From assembly GCA_044376115.1 (NCBI GenBank), contig JBILLK010000019.1:64001-128000 (forward strand): 64,000 nt of DNA. Direction: 5' to 3'. Under the pieces are notes generated by a model, which searched no databases, was not told where the DNA came from, and was given only the letters and a program-made list of their open reading frames with translations. This DNA comes from Polyangiaceae bacterium (GTDB taxonomy: Bacteria; Myxococcota_A; Polyangia; Polyangiales; Polyangiaceae). A program made the position numbers and the translations under genes. This document shows positions 46,818 to 55,780 of this stretch, in pieces (position 1 is the stretch's first letter; every line of letters begins with the position of its first letter).

Positions 46818-48599
46818 CTATGCACTCGGGCCTCTCGTTGCTGCTACGCGGTCACGGATACCGAGCAGCATGCGACGGTCCATCGCGAAGCCGACGGGTT
46901 CGAGCAGTGCTGGCCCTTGCATCAGGCGAGTCGCGAGGTCGTCGGAGCAGGCCGAACGGAAGCGACTTACGACGCGACAGCCGCCTGCGCTGCGCGGTTC
47001 GAGCAGGAAGGCCCAGCTCGCTGCGGCCCAGGGCTTTCCGCTGTTGCGGGCCTTCTCATCAGCGGGCGCAACCGCCACCAGGCTGCGCCCGGGCTCCACC
47101 GTGACGACGCGAAGAGGCGGCATGGTTGGGTGAAGCAACAGGTCATCCCCAACTTTGTGCGCCCACTCGGGGTGGATCGTCTCGGCGTTGCGCACGTTGC
47201 ACTTCGCCAGATTTTCGAGCCATTGGTAGCTGTAGAACCCAGCGCGATCCGCGCCGAGCTGCGCGAGCCAGGGCCAGATCTCTTCGGCTGAAGCGTCAAC
47301 GTCCAGCGCGTGAGTCCAGGACCAGCGAGGCTGTGGGACGCAATCATCGCCGGGGCGCGGTGAGCTGGCTTCCTCCGCTGTGAGCCCCCAGTGGTTGCGC
47401 AGCGGCCTCAGGAAGGGCGTCAACCAAGCGAGCGTCATGATCGCGGCGCCGGCGACGCCAGCCGCGATATCCACGGGAGTGTCTTGTGCCAGCCGGCCTT
47501 CGGCGCGGGCGGCGAGGTGCCGCAGTTGCGTCGTTTGCATGAGCGCATGGACTGGGCGCAGCCAGGCGAGATGCAGTCGTTCGCTTGGGCTGAAGGCTAC
47601 GCGAGCGCGCACGTGAAGGCGCGTTTCGCTTGGGCTGAGCGGTTCGAGTACGAAGGCCCACGTGATTTGCCAGAAGCGAATTGGCCGAGTGCTACCGAAG
47701 CGGAGCTGTTTGTCGGCTCCTACGTCGAACAAGCCACCGAGTACGAGTGCCCTTTCGGGATCGATGGCGAGCACTTCGAAGCCGTCGGTCCCGTTCGGGG
47801 TGGCTGGGATGATGTCCCCGACGATCACATTTTGCAGCTCGGTGTGAACTTCGCGCGCGGAGGCTTTGCCTCCGTTGTCGAGCGAATCGATGGCGTAGAA
47901 GCCTCCGCGCCGACAGCCCATCTGCAGCAGCCAGGGCCAAATCTGCTGAGGTGTCGCGTTCATCGTGATGCCGTGGGTCAGTTGGCAGCCCACGTCGACG
48001 AGCCGTTCGTCACCGGGGAGGGGCCGCGTTTCCTCGCGCTCCTCCGGGCTACCAAAGCGATCTCGCAGACGGCTCAGCAGCAGGGCGCGAAGGAAGTGCG
48101 AACTTGGACCGATCACATGCCAATAGCGCGTAAACAGCCTCCAGGAGACCTCGTCGGTGGCGTCGACGCGAAGCTCGAAGCGGAGCCTGGTTGCCGCCTG
48201 ACCGAGCGGTTCGAGTCGAATCGACCAGGCGACCTTGATCCAACCGGGGCGAGCGAAGCGCGCGTACGCGTCGGCATCGGCGACGTGTTCGAACGGAATG
48301 TCGAGCTGCCAAACCCGGCCGATGGCGCCTACCGTGAGTTCGCGACCAGCGTCTTCGCCGAGCAGCTGGAAGCCCGGGTGGGCCACACTCGATCGCAGCT
48401 GGTCGATGCACAGCGTCGCTGCAGGCGCAGTCGGGTCGTGCGGCGAGGGCAACGTACGCAAGGCGAAGAGCGCGCGCGTTAGCGGCGAATCCCCGAGATC
48501 AGCGTGGCGGACGTAGGCCCATACCAGATCCGGGGGCGCGGCCAGATCGACGCTGTCGCTTTCGACCTTGCGGGGAACGGGGATGAGTTGCTCCAGCAT
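46818..48599 (-). CDS. Three-domain DUF2867/SRPBCC-like protein
   Basis: N-terminal ALFALR..ELTVGAIG..FTRYW domain, then two copies of PGD...TH...IWPWL.Q.G..R.GFY...L.N. Confidence 0.7.
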   Translation of the reverse strand: MLEQLIPVPRKVESDSVDLAAPPDLVWAYVRHADLGDSPLTRALFALRTLPSPHDPTAPAATLCIDQLRSSVAHPGFQLLGEDAGRELTVGAIGRVWQLDIPFEHVADADAYARFARPGWIKVAWSIRLEPLGQAATRLRFELRVDATDEVSWRLFTRYWHVIGPSSHFLRALLLSRLRDRFGSPEEREETRPLPGDERLVDVGCQLTHGITMNATPQQIWPWLLQMGCRRGGFYAIDSLDNGGKASAREVHTELQNVIVGDIIPATPNGTDGFEVLAIDPERALVLGGLFDVGADKQLRFGSTRPIRFWQITWAFVLEPLSPSETRLHVRARVAFSPSERLHLAWLRPVHALMQTTQLRHLAARAEGRLAQDTPVDIAAGVAGAAIMTLAWLTPFLRPLRNHWGLTAEEASSPRPGDDCVPQPRWSWTHALDVDASAEEIWPWLAQLGADRAGFYSYQWLENLAKCNVRNAETIHPEWAHKVGDDLLLHPTMPPLRVVTVEPGRSLVAVAPADEKARNSGKPWAAASWAFLLEPRSAGGCRVVSRFRSACSDDLATRLMQGPALLEPVGFAMDRRMLLGIRDRVAATRGPSA

Positions 48600-49073
48600 G
48601 CCCTTCCCATCGCAAGGCTCGGACCAAGCGACCCTTCGCGCACGAGGCGCGGAAATGCGCCGTCGTCATCCGCTTGCGAGCTGGGCTGTGCATCCATTCG
48701 ATGGGCCTTCCCCATCAGCTTGATGCGCGCCCGCGTGCATTGTCCGTTTGCGTCGACCTCCGTCGCTCACCAACGCGAGATGCCGGTGTCTGGGCTCCAC
48801 ACAGGCTACCGCCTGCGAGACCTTGAACGACCACGTGCAGTGAACGGTCCGCTTCGACGGTGGCCGAGCCCGCGCTGGGGTTGGCGCTTGGGACGACGGG
48901 TTTACTTCCTCGGTCTCTCGTTCTCGCGTCCAGCGCTCGCGTGCGTGGCGATCATCCGGGCCATCGCTTGAGACCTAGCCAACGCTCGAAAACCGCTGCA
49001 CTCAATGTCTAAATCGTGCACATCATGAGTACTGCAACGAGGTGGGTTTTTGAAGGTGTGAGTCCTCCAATGG

Positions 49074-49089
49074 CGGCACGGTTCCTGCT
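49074..49089 (+). promoter_or_regulatory. sigma54 (-24/-12) promoter
   Basis: CGGCACGGTTCCTGCT: GG (49075) and GC (49087) exactly 10 nt apart; near consensus TGGCACG-N4-TTGC. Confidence 0.7.
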
Positions 49090-49101
49090 CAACGGGCCGC
49101 C

Positions 49102-50796
49102 ATGCTCAAGCCGCTGATGCTGCTGCTCCTCGTCGCCTCAACCGTTCTCGCGGGGTGCATCACGCAGGATCCACTCGGGGGCGACGAAAACTCCGATATT
49201 TCCTACGCCGCCGAGGCTTCGGGGCCGCTCGTACGCAAAGGCGCTCCGACCGAGGTCTGGTCCGTCGAGAACGCATGGGAGGATCGAACGACCCCCAGCG
49301 CCAAGCTCGCGGGCATCGCCTGGGAGGCCAACAGCGGGCTGTCGTGGGAAGAGAAGTACGCCCGTTGGATCGAGACGATGGAGCTGATGCCGAGCGCCTC
49401 CGGCTGGGGGCAGACCATCACCATCACCACTCCATACGGCGGCAAGAAGCTCCCGGGCCCGACGCTCGAGTGCGCCGAGGTCGCGCTGATGATGCGGGCA
49501 ACGTTTGCGTCTTGGTACAAGCTCCCGTTCTTCCTTCGAGCCTGGGACTCGGCGACGAAGCAGACGCTCTACGCCGGTCACATGGGTTTCGTCGACGCGA
49601 GCGGTAACAAGGTCGGTAACTTCCCTGCCTTCAAGAGCAAGTACGCCGACTACGAGAAGTCGTGGAAGGTCGGTGACGCTTGGCCGAGCGATGCAGTGCT
49701 TCGGTCGCGCCGCCTCGGCACCGATGACGCCGTCACCTTCCTCACCGACGCCGCGGGCCAGCCGCTCGGTGCTGGGGCCTACTTCGACGAGCTCTTCCTC
49801 AACAAGCGCACCGGCCACTTCATGCGCATGCTCTTGCTCTTCTACGGGAGCGTGAACCTCGCCGACGGCTCGAACATGTTCCACGTGGAGCCCGAGTCGG
49901 CTCGCGCTGGAGACGTCGTGCTCGAGCGTTGGCAGAAGATCGGCATCGGCCACACCATCCCGGTGTTGCGCGTCTCAGCGCCGCTCGAAGGTAGGCTCGC
50001 AATCGAAGTTGCGACCGGCTCGATGCCGCGACGCCAGCCTCGCTATGAAGACGCCCTCAGCGCGCGACGCTACTTCACCATGGAGGAGACTGGCGGTGAG
50101 GGCACGGCCGCCGATGGCAGCGAGTACGCCAAGCTCGGAGGCGGGCTGCGTCGTTGGCGCACTCCCATCAACAAAGGCGGGCGCTGGGTCAACGTGGTGC
50201 CGCAAGGCAGCCTGGACGCCTACATCCCCGACAGCAACACAGCGGCGATCGCAGCGCGCCCCACGCGCTTCGACGAGATCCTGATCACCGGCTCACCCGA
50301 AGAGGCGAAGGCAGCGCTGGTCTCGGTGATCGAGGGCGCGCGCGCCCATCTGCGCGAGCACCCTGCGAGCTGCTCGGCCCGCACCAACCGGGAGAACGCG
50401 TTCGCCGATCTGTACGAACTTTCGTGGAAGCTCGGGGTCACGCCGGCGGACCTCGACGCCGAACTCCGCACCGAGGCCGACTACGTATTCGCGCCGCTCG
50501 TGTACGAGGAGTCCAAGTCGTGCTGTTGGAACAGCACCACCGCCGCGATGGCCGAGATCATCCTCGACTACGCGCGGGTCGAGCGTGCAGAGGCCGAGGC
50601 TGCTGGAGAATGTCGCGAACCCACGGTCTTCAAGGCTCGTGAGGATGGCTATGCGTTGTGGGCGAACCACGCGAAGGCGCTCGGGCGTGAGGCCGAGTGG
50701 CTCGCTTGGAGCGAGGACGAGCCGTGCGAGCAGCGCGACGTCGCAGAAGACCTCGCGGCCGACTTCGGCGCTACGCCCAGCTGCTCGACGCTCTGA
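49102..50796 (+). CDS. Lipoprotein, possible papain/transglutaminase-like Cys-His enzyme
   Basis: Lipobox LAGC; ECAEVALMMRA...LPF; AGDVVL...GHT. Confidence 0.6.
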   Translation: MLKPLMLLLLVASTVLAGCITQDPLGGDENSDISYAAEASGPLVRKGAPTEVWSVENAWEDRTTPSAKLAGIAWEANSGLSWEEKYARWIETMELMPSASGWGQTITITTPYGGKKLPGPTLECAEVALMMRATFASWYKLPFFLRAWDSATKQTLYAGHMGFVDASGNKVGNFPAFKSKYADYEKSWKVGDAWPSDAVLRSRRLGTDDAVTFLTDAAGQPLGAGAYFDELFLNKRTGHFMRMLLLFYGSVNLADGSNMFHVEPESARAGDVVLERWQKIGIGHTIPVLRVSAPLEGRLAIEVATGSMPRRQPRYEDALSARRYFTMEETGGEGTAADGSEYAKLGGGLRRWRTPINKGGRWVNVVPQGSLDAYIPDSNTAAIAARPTRFDEILITGSPEEAKAALVSVIEGARAHLREHPASCSARTNRENAFADLYELSWKLGVTPADLDAELRTEADYVFAPLVYEESKSCCWNSTTAAMAEIILDYARVERAEAEAAGECREPTVFKAREDGYALWANHAKALGREAEWLAWSEDEPCEQRDVAEDLAADFGATPSCSTL

Positions 50797-50844
50797 ACTG
50801 CGATCGTCAACACGCAGCTTCCGAACGGAGGTGAAGAACGACCT

Positions 50845-52404
50845 TCACTTCTTCGGTCGGAAGCGCTTGCTGTGTTTGAGCCGATACTTCAGCCTCTTCG
50901 CGTCCCAGCGCCAGACGATCTCCATCGCGATCAGCTTCTCGTCATATTCGTACAACGCCTTCGGGAAATGGGTCGCTCCGCGTAAACCAAGCTCGGTGTA
51001 GTCGGCGTTATGAAAACGCTCGGGTGAGCGCTCAAAGATGGGGACGTAGGTATCCTCGAACTCCACGCCCCCAACGCCGCCGGGCATTGGGTAGAGCGCG
51101 GTCCAGCTCGCGGGCTCCGGCCCGGCATAGCCGTTCGCGTAGGGCAGCTGATCTCGCGAGCTCACAGCGATCAGCAGCTTTTCGCCGTCGAGCGCGTCTC
51201 GCTCGAACACGCCGTGGATCTCGGGCAAGGAGGTCCACTCGACGTAGGAGTCCTCGGTCTGTGGAACGAGGAACAGGCTGTCACCGTCTTTGAAGACGAG
51301 CGATTGGGCGAACACGTCGATGACCCCGACCTCCTGCGTCCCGCGCGCGGCAAGTCGCTTGTAGAGCTGCTTCTCGACTGGCGTCACGATCGACGGACCA
51401 TCGCGATGCAGGCTCTCGAGTAGGCTGGGCGTCGCTGGCGCGTAGGAGACGGCCGGCGGGTAGAATGAAGTCCCGTAGGCCGTCGCGATCGCGCGTGCGC
51501 GCAGCTCGGCCTCCGGCTCGAAGGCCACCGCCTCCGCGAGCTTGAGCGGAACCCAGCGCTCGGCCAGCGGTGCTTTCGTCGCGGAGGTGAGCGGTGCTGC
51601 GGCCAGCCGAACCCACTCCCACGGAGCTTCGGCCAACCGCGGATAGGCGCTGACCGGTAGGCTCACCTCGAGCGTGGTCGCGTCTTCACTGCGAACGGCG
51701 CGCAGCTCCGCGCCGGCGACCTTGTGCGTGCTGCCATCGGCCAGCCGCTCGAAGACGCCCTCGGGCGTGAGCCGCAACACGCGCTCGAAACGTGCGCGAA
51801 AGGATGTTTTGAAAGCCGTATGACGTTCGACCATCTCGCGGCAAGCTTTGGCGACCTCCGGGGCGAGCGGCGGACCTTGCTCCCGTTCCCCCGCGCGGTC
51901 GCCCTCGAGCTCGATCACCTCGTGCTCACAGTTGAAGGGCCGGATCGGGCCGCCGCGCAACATCAAGTCTCCGATCAGCGGTAGGTCCGGCGGTATGGCG
52001 CCGAAGCCGAGCCATACGCCGTCTCGTGCGGCTCCGCGCAGCTCGGCCGCGATCCACGCAGCGTGCGGAGTTACGGTGAGGGCTACGTGAGAGGCGGCGC
52101 TGACAGGGTTCGACGCTGGAACTTCTTCGAGCCTGTCCGCCGACATTTTGAGCACGTCGGGCTCCGGCAACTCCCGGGGTTCAGCGGGCAACAAGGAGGG
52201 CCACTCGCCAAGCTTTCCGTCGAGCTCGAGTGAGTCGGGCTTGGCAACCAACGCGACGCTGACGAACTCGAGGTCCTGCGCGCTCTCGCGGGTTGCTTCC
52301 GAGGTCGCAGATGGCGTGATGCGCACCGCTTGCTCCTGCGTTTGAGCGCTGGAGCACGAGACGAGAGCCAGAGTTGCAAAGGGTAGGAGCGACACGCAGC
52401 GCAT
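50845..52404 (-). CDS. Lipoprotein, unknown function (CBM9/DOMON-like N-terminal region possible)
   Basis: Lipobox LVSC; LELDGKLGEW...LEVSLP pattern. Confidence 0.6.
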   Translation of the reverse strand: MRCVSLLPFATLALVSCSSAQTQEQAVRITPSATSEATRESAQDLEFVSVALVAKPDSLELDGKLGEWPSLLPAEPRELPEPDVLKMSADRLEEVPASNPVSAASHVALTVTPHAAWIAAELRGAARDGVWLGFGAIPPDLPLIGDLMLRGGPIRPFNCEHEVIELEGDRAGEREQGPPLAPEVAKACREMVERHTAFKTSFRARFERVLRLTPEGVFERLADGSTHKVAGAELRAVRSEDATTLEVSLPVSAYPRLAEAPWEWVRLAAAPLTSATKAPLAERWVPLKLAEAVAFEPEAELRARAIATAYGTSFYPPAVSYAPATPSLLESLHRDGPSIVTPVEKQLYKRLAARGTQEVGVIDVFAQSLVFKDGDSLFLVPQTEDSYVEWTSLPEIHGVFERDALDGEKLLIAVSSRDQLPYANGYAGPEPASWTALYPMPGGVGGVEFEDTYVPIFERSPERFHNADYTELGLRGATHFPKALYEYDEKLIAMEIVWRWDAKRLKYRLKHSKRFRPKK

Positions 52405-52535
52405 GCGGGTGAAGGTAGGCGCTCTCTCGGGGAGAGGAAACCGATCTCCCTTGTCGCTTGTCCGATGCGGTTGCCCTCAGAGTTCGATGCGCCTCGGCTC
52501 GCTTGCCTTGCCGCAGCGCGCGCTTTCGAAAGAAG

Positions 52536-55500
52536 TCACTGCGGCGCGCAGGAGACGGTTTGGTCGCCTGCGTCCTTGTTGTTGCCGTCGTTGCATTCCT
52601 CGATCGCGTTGTCGGGATCGACGATGGCGAAGATGGTCGCGTTCAACGCCGAGCCGTTGAAGGCCGTCAGCGTCTCGCTGAGCGTCGCGCTGCCGCCTGC
52701 GGGGATGGGCCCGGCGATGGTGAACTCTTGGAGCGGCGTCCCGCCCTGGTTGGGGTCTCCGCTGTAGAAGCGCACCACCACGTTGGCCGCCTCCAGGCTG
52801 CCGTCGTTGAAGACCGTGGCGTCGACGTCAGGCGGGCAATCATTGGTGACGCTGGTGACCTCGATCCGCAGGTCGGCCTGCATGTCACCGCTGTCCACCG
52901 GCTCGGAGAGCTCGTTGTTGAGCTCGTTGCATTCGTTGGCCAGATTGCCCACGTCCGCGATCACGGTGATTTCATCCGGGAGCATCATCGGCGTATTGAA
53001 GGTCGCGTCGTAGGCCACCGTGAGGATCACCGACTCGCCGGGCTCGAGGCTGTTTTGCAGCGTCAGGGTGAGCGGCGTGGGCACGGCGTCGGCGTTGAGC
53101 GGTTCGCTGCCGAAGCCGTTCCATAGCCCCTCGAAGCCGAGCACGATGCCCGGGCCGACACGTAAATCACCCTGGTTGTCGACCTGGAAGGTGATCGTCA
53201 ACTCGTCGGTCAACATGCCGCAGGCGGCGCCCGGTGAGCTGAACTGCACCGCCGAAACGACCAGATCGGGCGCGACCCCAAGCGAGCGCGGGTTGGAGCG
53301 ATAGGTGTTGTACAGGCGACCATTCCACGGGCGCCAGCTCTCCGGCTCGATGGTCGGCACAGCGGCGCTCTCGGAAACGTTGGTCACGTGGTAGGCGTGC
53401 TCGCTCCAAATGCGGCGCGCGCTGACCCATGAATCGCTCGGGTCCCCCCAGACCTCGAGACCGTTGTTGTAGTTGAAGTTCCCTCCCTCCGAGCAGAAGC
53501 CCGACTCATTGGAGGTGGCGAACACGATCTCGCCGTTGCCATCGTTGTCGACGTCGGCGACCACTGGGTATTCGATGCGGGTCCGACTCTCGCTGGCCTC
53601 TTTGAACAAAACGCTGGCCGTAAGCCCGTCGTACAAGCGGAAGTAGCACTCGTCGTTGTAGATGACCTCGGCGCCGCCATCGCCGTTGAAGTCGAACACG
53701 CTGCTGCCGGTGACCCGGCTCGAGTCATCCTCGGTGCCGCGTTTCCAGCCGTTGTGCAAACAGACGCAGCTTTGCGTGATCTCGTTGCAGACCGTGCCCG
53801 CATCGACCGCTTGGCAATCCGCATCTTGCGTGCACGCGAGCGCCGGCGGGGTGCGCGCCGGGTTGGTCTGCGGGCCGCTGAGGCTGGTGGCGTCGGAGAG
53901 CACGTCGGGCCAAGCGGGGCAGCTGGGACTTGGCGCCTGCAGATCGAGGACCTCGTAGCGCGTACCAAACGCGCTCCCAACCTCGGGGAAGCCGTCCCCA
54001 TCGAAGTCATCGATGTTGGGCGCTCCGCCGTCGGTACCGGCTCCGATCGAGGTGCTCTGACGCAGCGCGCCGGTCGCGCCATTCAGGATCAACAAGTAGC
54101 CCTCGTTGATCAACACCACCTCGGGCGCACCATCCAGCGGGTTGGCAGGGCCCGTTGGCATCACCGTGTCCGCCCCGAGTACGTCGGCGATCGAGCAGAA
54201 GCCGTCGCGCCTCGTGCTGGGTAACACCGCCGCGGTGTTGACCGTTTGCCCATCCCAGGCCACCAGCAGGCTGCCGTTGCAGAAGGCTGTCTCCTCGGCG
54301 TTTTGCGGCGGAAACATCGCGCAATCGGAGCGCTGGGTGGCACCGGCGGGCGCGCTCGGAAAGCCATACGCTGTGGTGCCCGCAACGATCTCCTGCTTGG
54401 TGTCCCCGACGAGGTTGGCGATGCACACGACGGGACCTTGCCCTTGGGTGCCGTTCATCAAGCTGCCCGAGAAGGTGTCGACGTGGATCAAGTTGCCGTT
54501 CGCGTCGTTGGCAAACGTGAGTACGAACCTGCCCACCGCCACTTCGGCGAAGCCAGCGTTGTCGATGTTGGCGATGGTTGGAGCTGGGTTGGCGTAGCCC
54601 GCCGACGGCCAGATCGCGCCGACCGTGGTGAGCGCGAGCGTGCCGTCGTTGCGGAAGATCTGCAGGCCGCGATCCTCCGAGATGCCGACGATCTCGGGCA
54701 AGCCGTCACCATCGATGTCGCCGACGGCGATGGCCGCCGTCGAGTTGAGCGTAGCGGCCGTACAGTTGGCTGCGCCCACGGCGCAATCGTTGGGCAGCGG
54801 ATCTCCTTCGCGCCAGGTCGAACTGCCGCACACCGAGAAGAAGTCATCGCCTTTGGCCGGACCGCCGCCGTGAATGGCGCGCAGGATGCCGTTGCTCGAG
54901 ATCTCTTGGTTGCAGAAGGTTTGAAAGATGATTTCCGGGAAGTCGCGTTCGTTGACCAGCCCGTCCCCGTTGTCGTCGTCGAGGTTGGCGACGACCGGCG
55001 TCATCACTACTTGGGAGGAGAGCTCGTGCGGGCTACCCAGGGCTGCGCGTTGTTGCTCACTCGTCCCGCCCCACACGATCTCTGGCGCTGGGTTGGTCAG
55101 CGCAAGCGGCGGGAGTTGGCAGGTCGGTGCGAGCCCAGTCCCCGCGCACTGGCCAGCGTCACACTGCGTGAAGGCCGGGCAGTCCCAATCGTCGAAGCAG
55201 CCGCAATGCGCGTTGCCGCTGCCGTCATCGACGCAGTTGCTGTCGAAGTAGGCAGTGCTACCGCAGGTGAATTGGCTGCTGGTGCTACTGCCGTTTTGCG
55301 CGCACTCGAACAGCTCGTCGCCGACGCAGGAGGTGCTGCCCGCGACGCACTCGTCATCCACGCAAATGGTGCCGTTGCAATAGCGCTCGGTCGGGCACTC
55401 GACGTCGTCGCTGCAGGAGATGTCGACGCACACGGCGCCGCCGTTCGCTTGCAGCACGCACTCCTCGGTTGCGCTGCAGTTCGCCTCTGCGCAGGTAACC

Positions 55501-55748
55501 AGTACGCAGGAGCCGTCTTCACAGGTGAGGCCCGGGTCACAGCTGACGCCGTCGCACGGGTCGGGCATGACGTTGGAGGTCGAGCCTCCGCCGCCGCTGG
55601 CGAAGCCTGCGCCGCTGCCTCCTGAGCCTCCCGAACCGCCGTTGCTCGCTCCGGCCTCTCCACCGCCGCCGCTTGGCGGCGTTATCACCTCAGGATCTCC
55701 GCAAGCCGCCAAAACAAGAAGACCGAGGCCCAATCGAGAAGCGCGCAT
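52536..55748 (-). CDS. FG-GAP beta-propeller + CARDB surface lipoprotein
   Basis: Lipobox LAAC; GDIDGDGLPEI, DFDGDGFPEV, DFNGDGGAEV, DVDNDGNGEI; two CARDB-like ends (ECNELNN, ECNDGNN). Confidence 0.85.
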   Translation of the reverse strand: MRASRLGLGLLVLAACGDPEVITPPSGGGGEAGASNGGSGGSGGSGAGFASGGGGSTSNVMPDPCDGVSCDPGLTCEDGSCVLVTCAEANCSATEECVLQANGGAVCVDISCSDDVECPTERYCNGTICVDDECVAGSTSCVGDELFECAQNGSSTSSQFTCGSTAYFDSNCVDDGSGNAHCGCFDDWDCPAFTQCDAGQCAGTGLAPTCQLPPLALTNPAPEIVWGGTSEQQRAALGSPHELSSQVVMTPVVANLDDDNGDGLVNERDFPEIIFQTFCNQEISSNGILRAIHGGGPAKGDDFFSVCGSSTWREGDPLPNDCAVGAANCTAATLNSTAAIAVGDIDGDGLPEIVGISEDRGLQIFRNDGTLALTTVGAIWPSAGYANPAPTIANIDNAGFAEVAVGRFVLTFANDANGNLIHVDTFSGSLMNGTQGQGPVVCIANLVGDTKQEIVAGTTAYGFPSAPAGATQRSDCAMFPPQNAEETAFCNGSLLVAWDGQTVNTAAVLPSTRRDGFCSIADVLGADTVMPTGPANPLDGAPEVVLINEGYLLILNGATGALRQSTSIGAGTDGGAPNIDDFDGDGFPEVGSAFGTRYEVLDLQAPSPSCPAWPDVLSDATSLSGPQTNPARTPPALACTQDADCQAVDAGTVCNEITQSCVCLHNGWKRGTEDDSSRVTGSSVFDFNGDGGAEVIYNDECYFRLYDGLTASVLFKEASESRTRIEYPVVADVDNDGNGEIVFATSNESGFCSEGGNFNYNNGLEVWGDPSDSWVSARRIWSEHAYHVTNVSESAAVPTIEPESWRPWNGRLYNTYRSNPRSLGVAPDLVVSAVQFSSPGAACGMLTDELTITFQVDNQGDLRVGPGIVLGFEGLWNGFGSEPLNADAVPTPLTLTLQNSLEPGESVILTVAYDATFNTPMMLPDEITVIADVGNLANECNELNNELSEPVDSGDMQADLRIEVTSVTNDCPPDVDATVFNDGSLEAANVVVRFYSGDPNQGGTPLQEFTIAGPIPAGGSATLSETLTAFNGSALNATIFAIVDPDNAIEECNDGNNKDAGDQTVSCAPQ

Positions 55749-55780
55749 CCTTCGATCTCTAACAGGCGCGTGAAAGCTTG

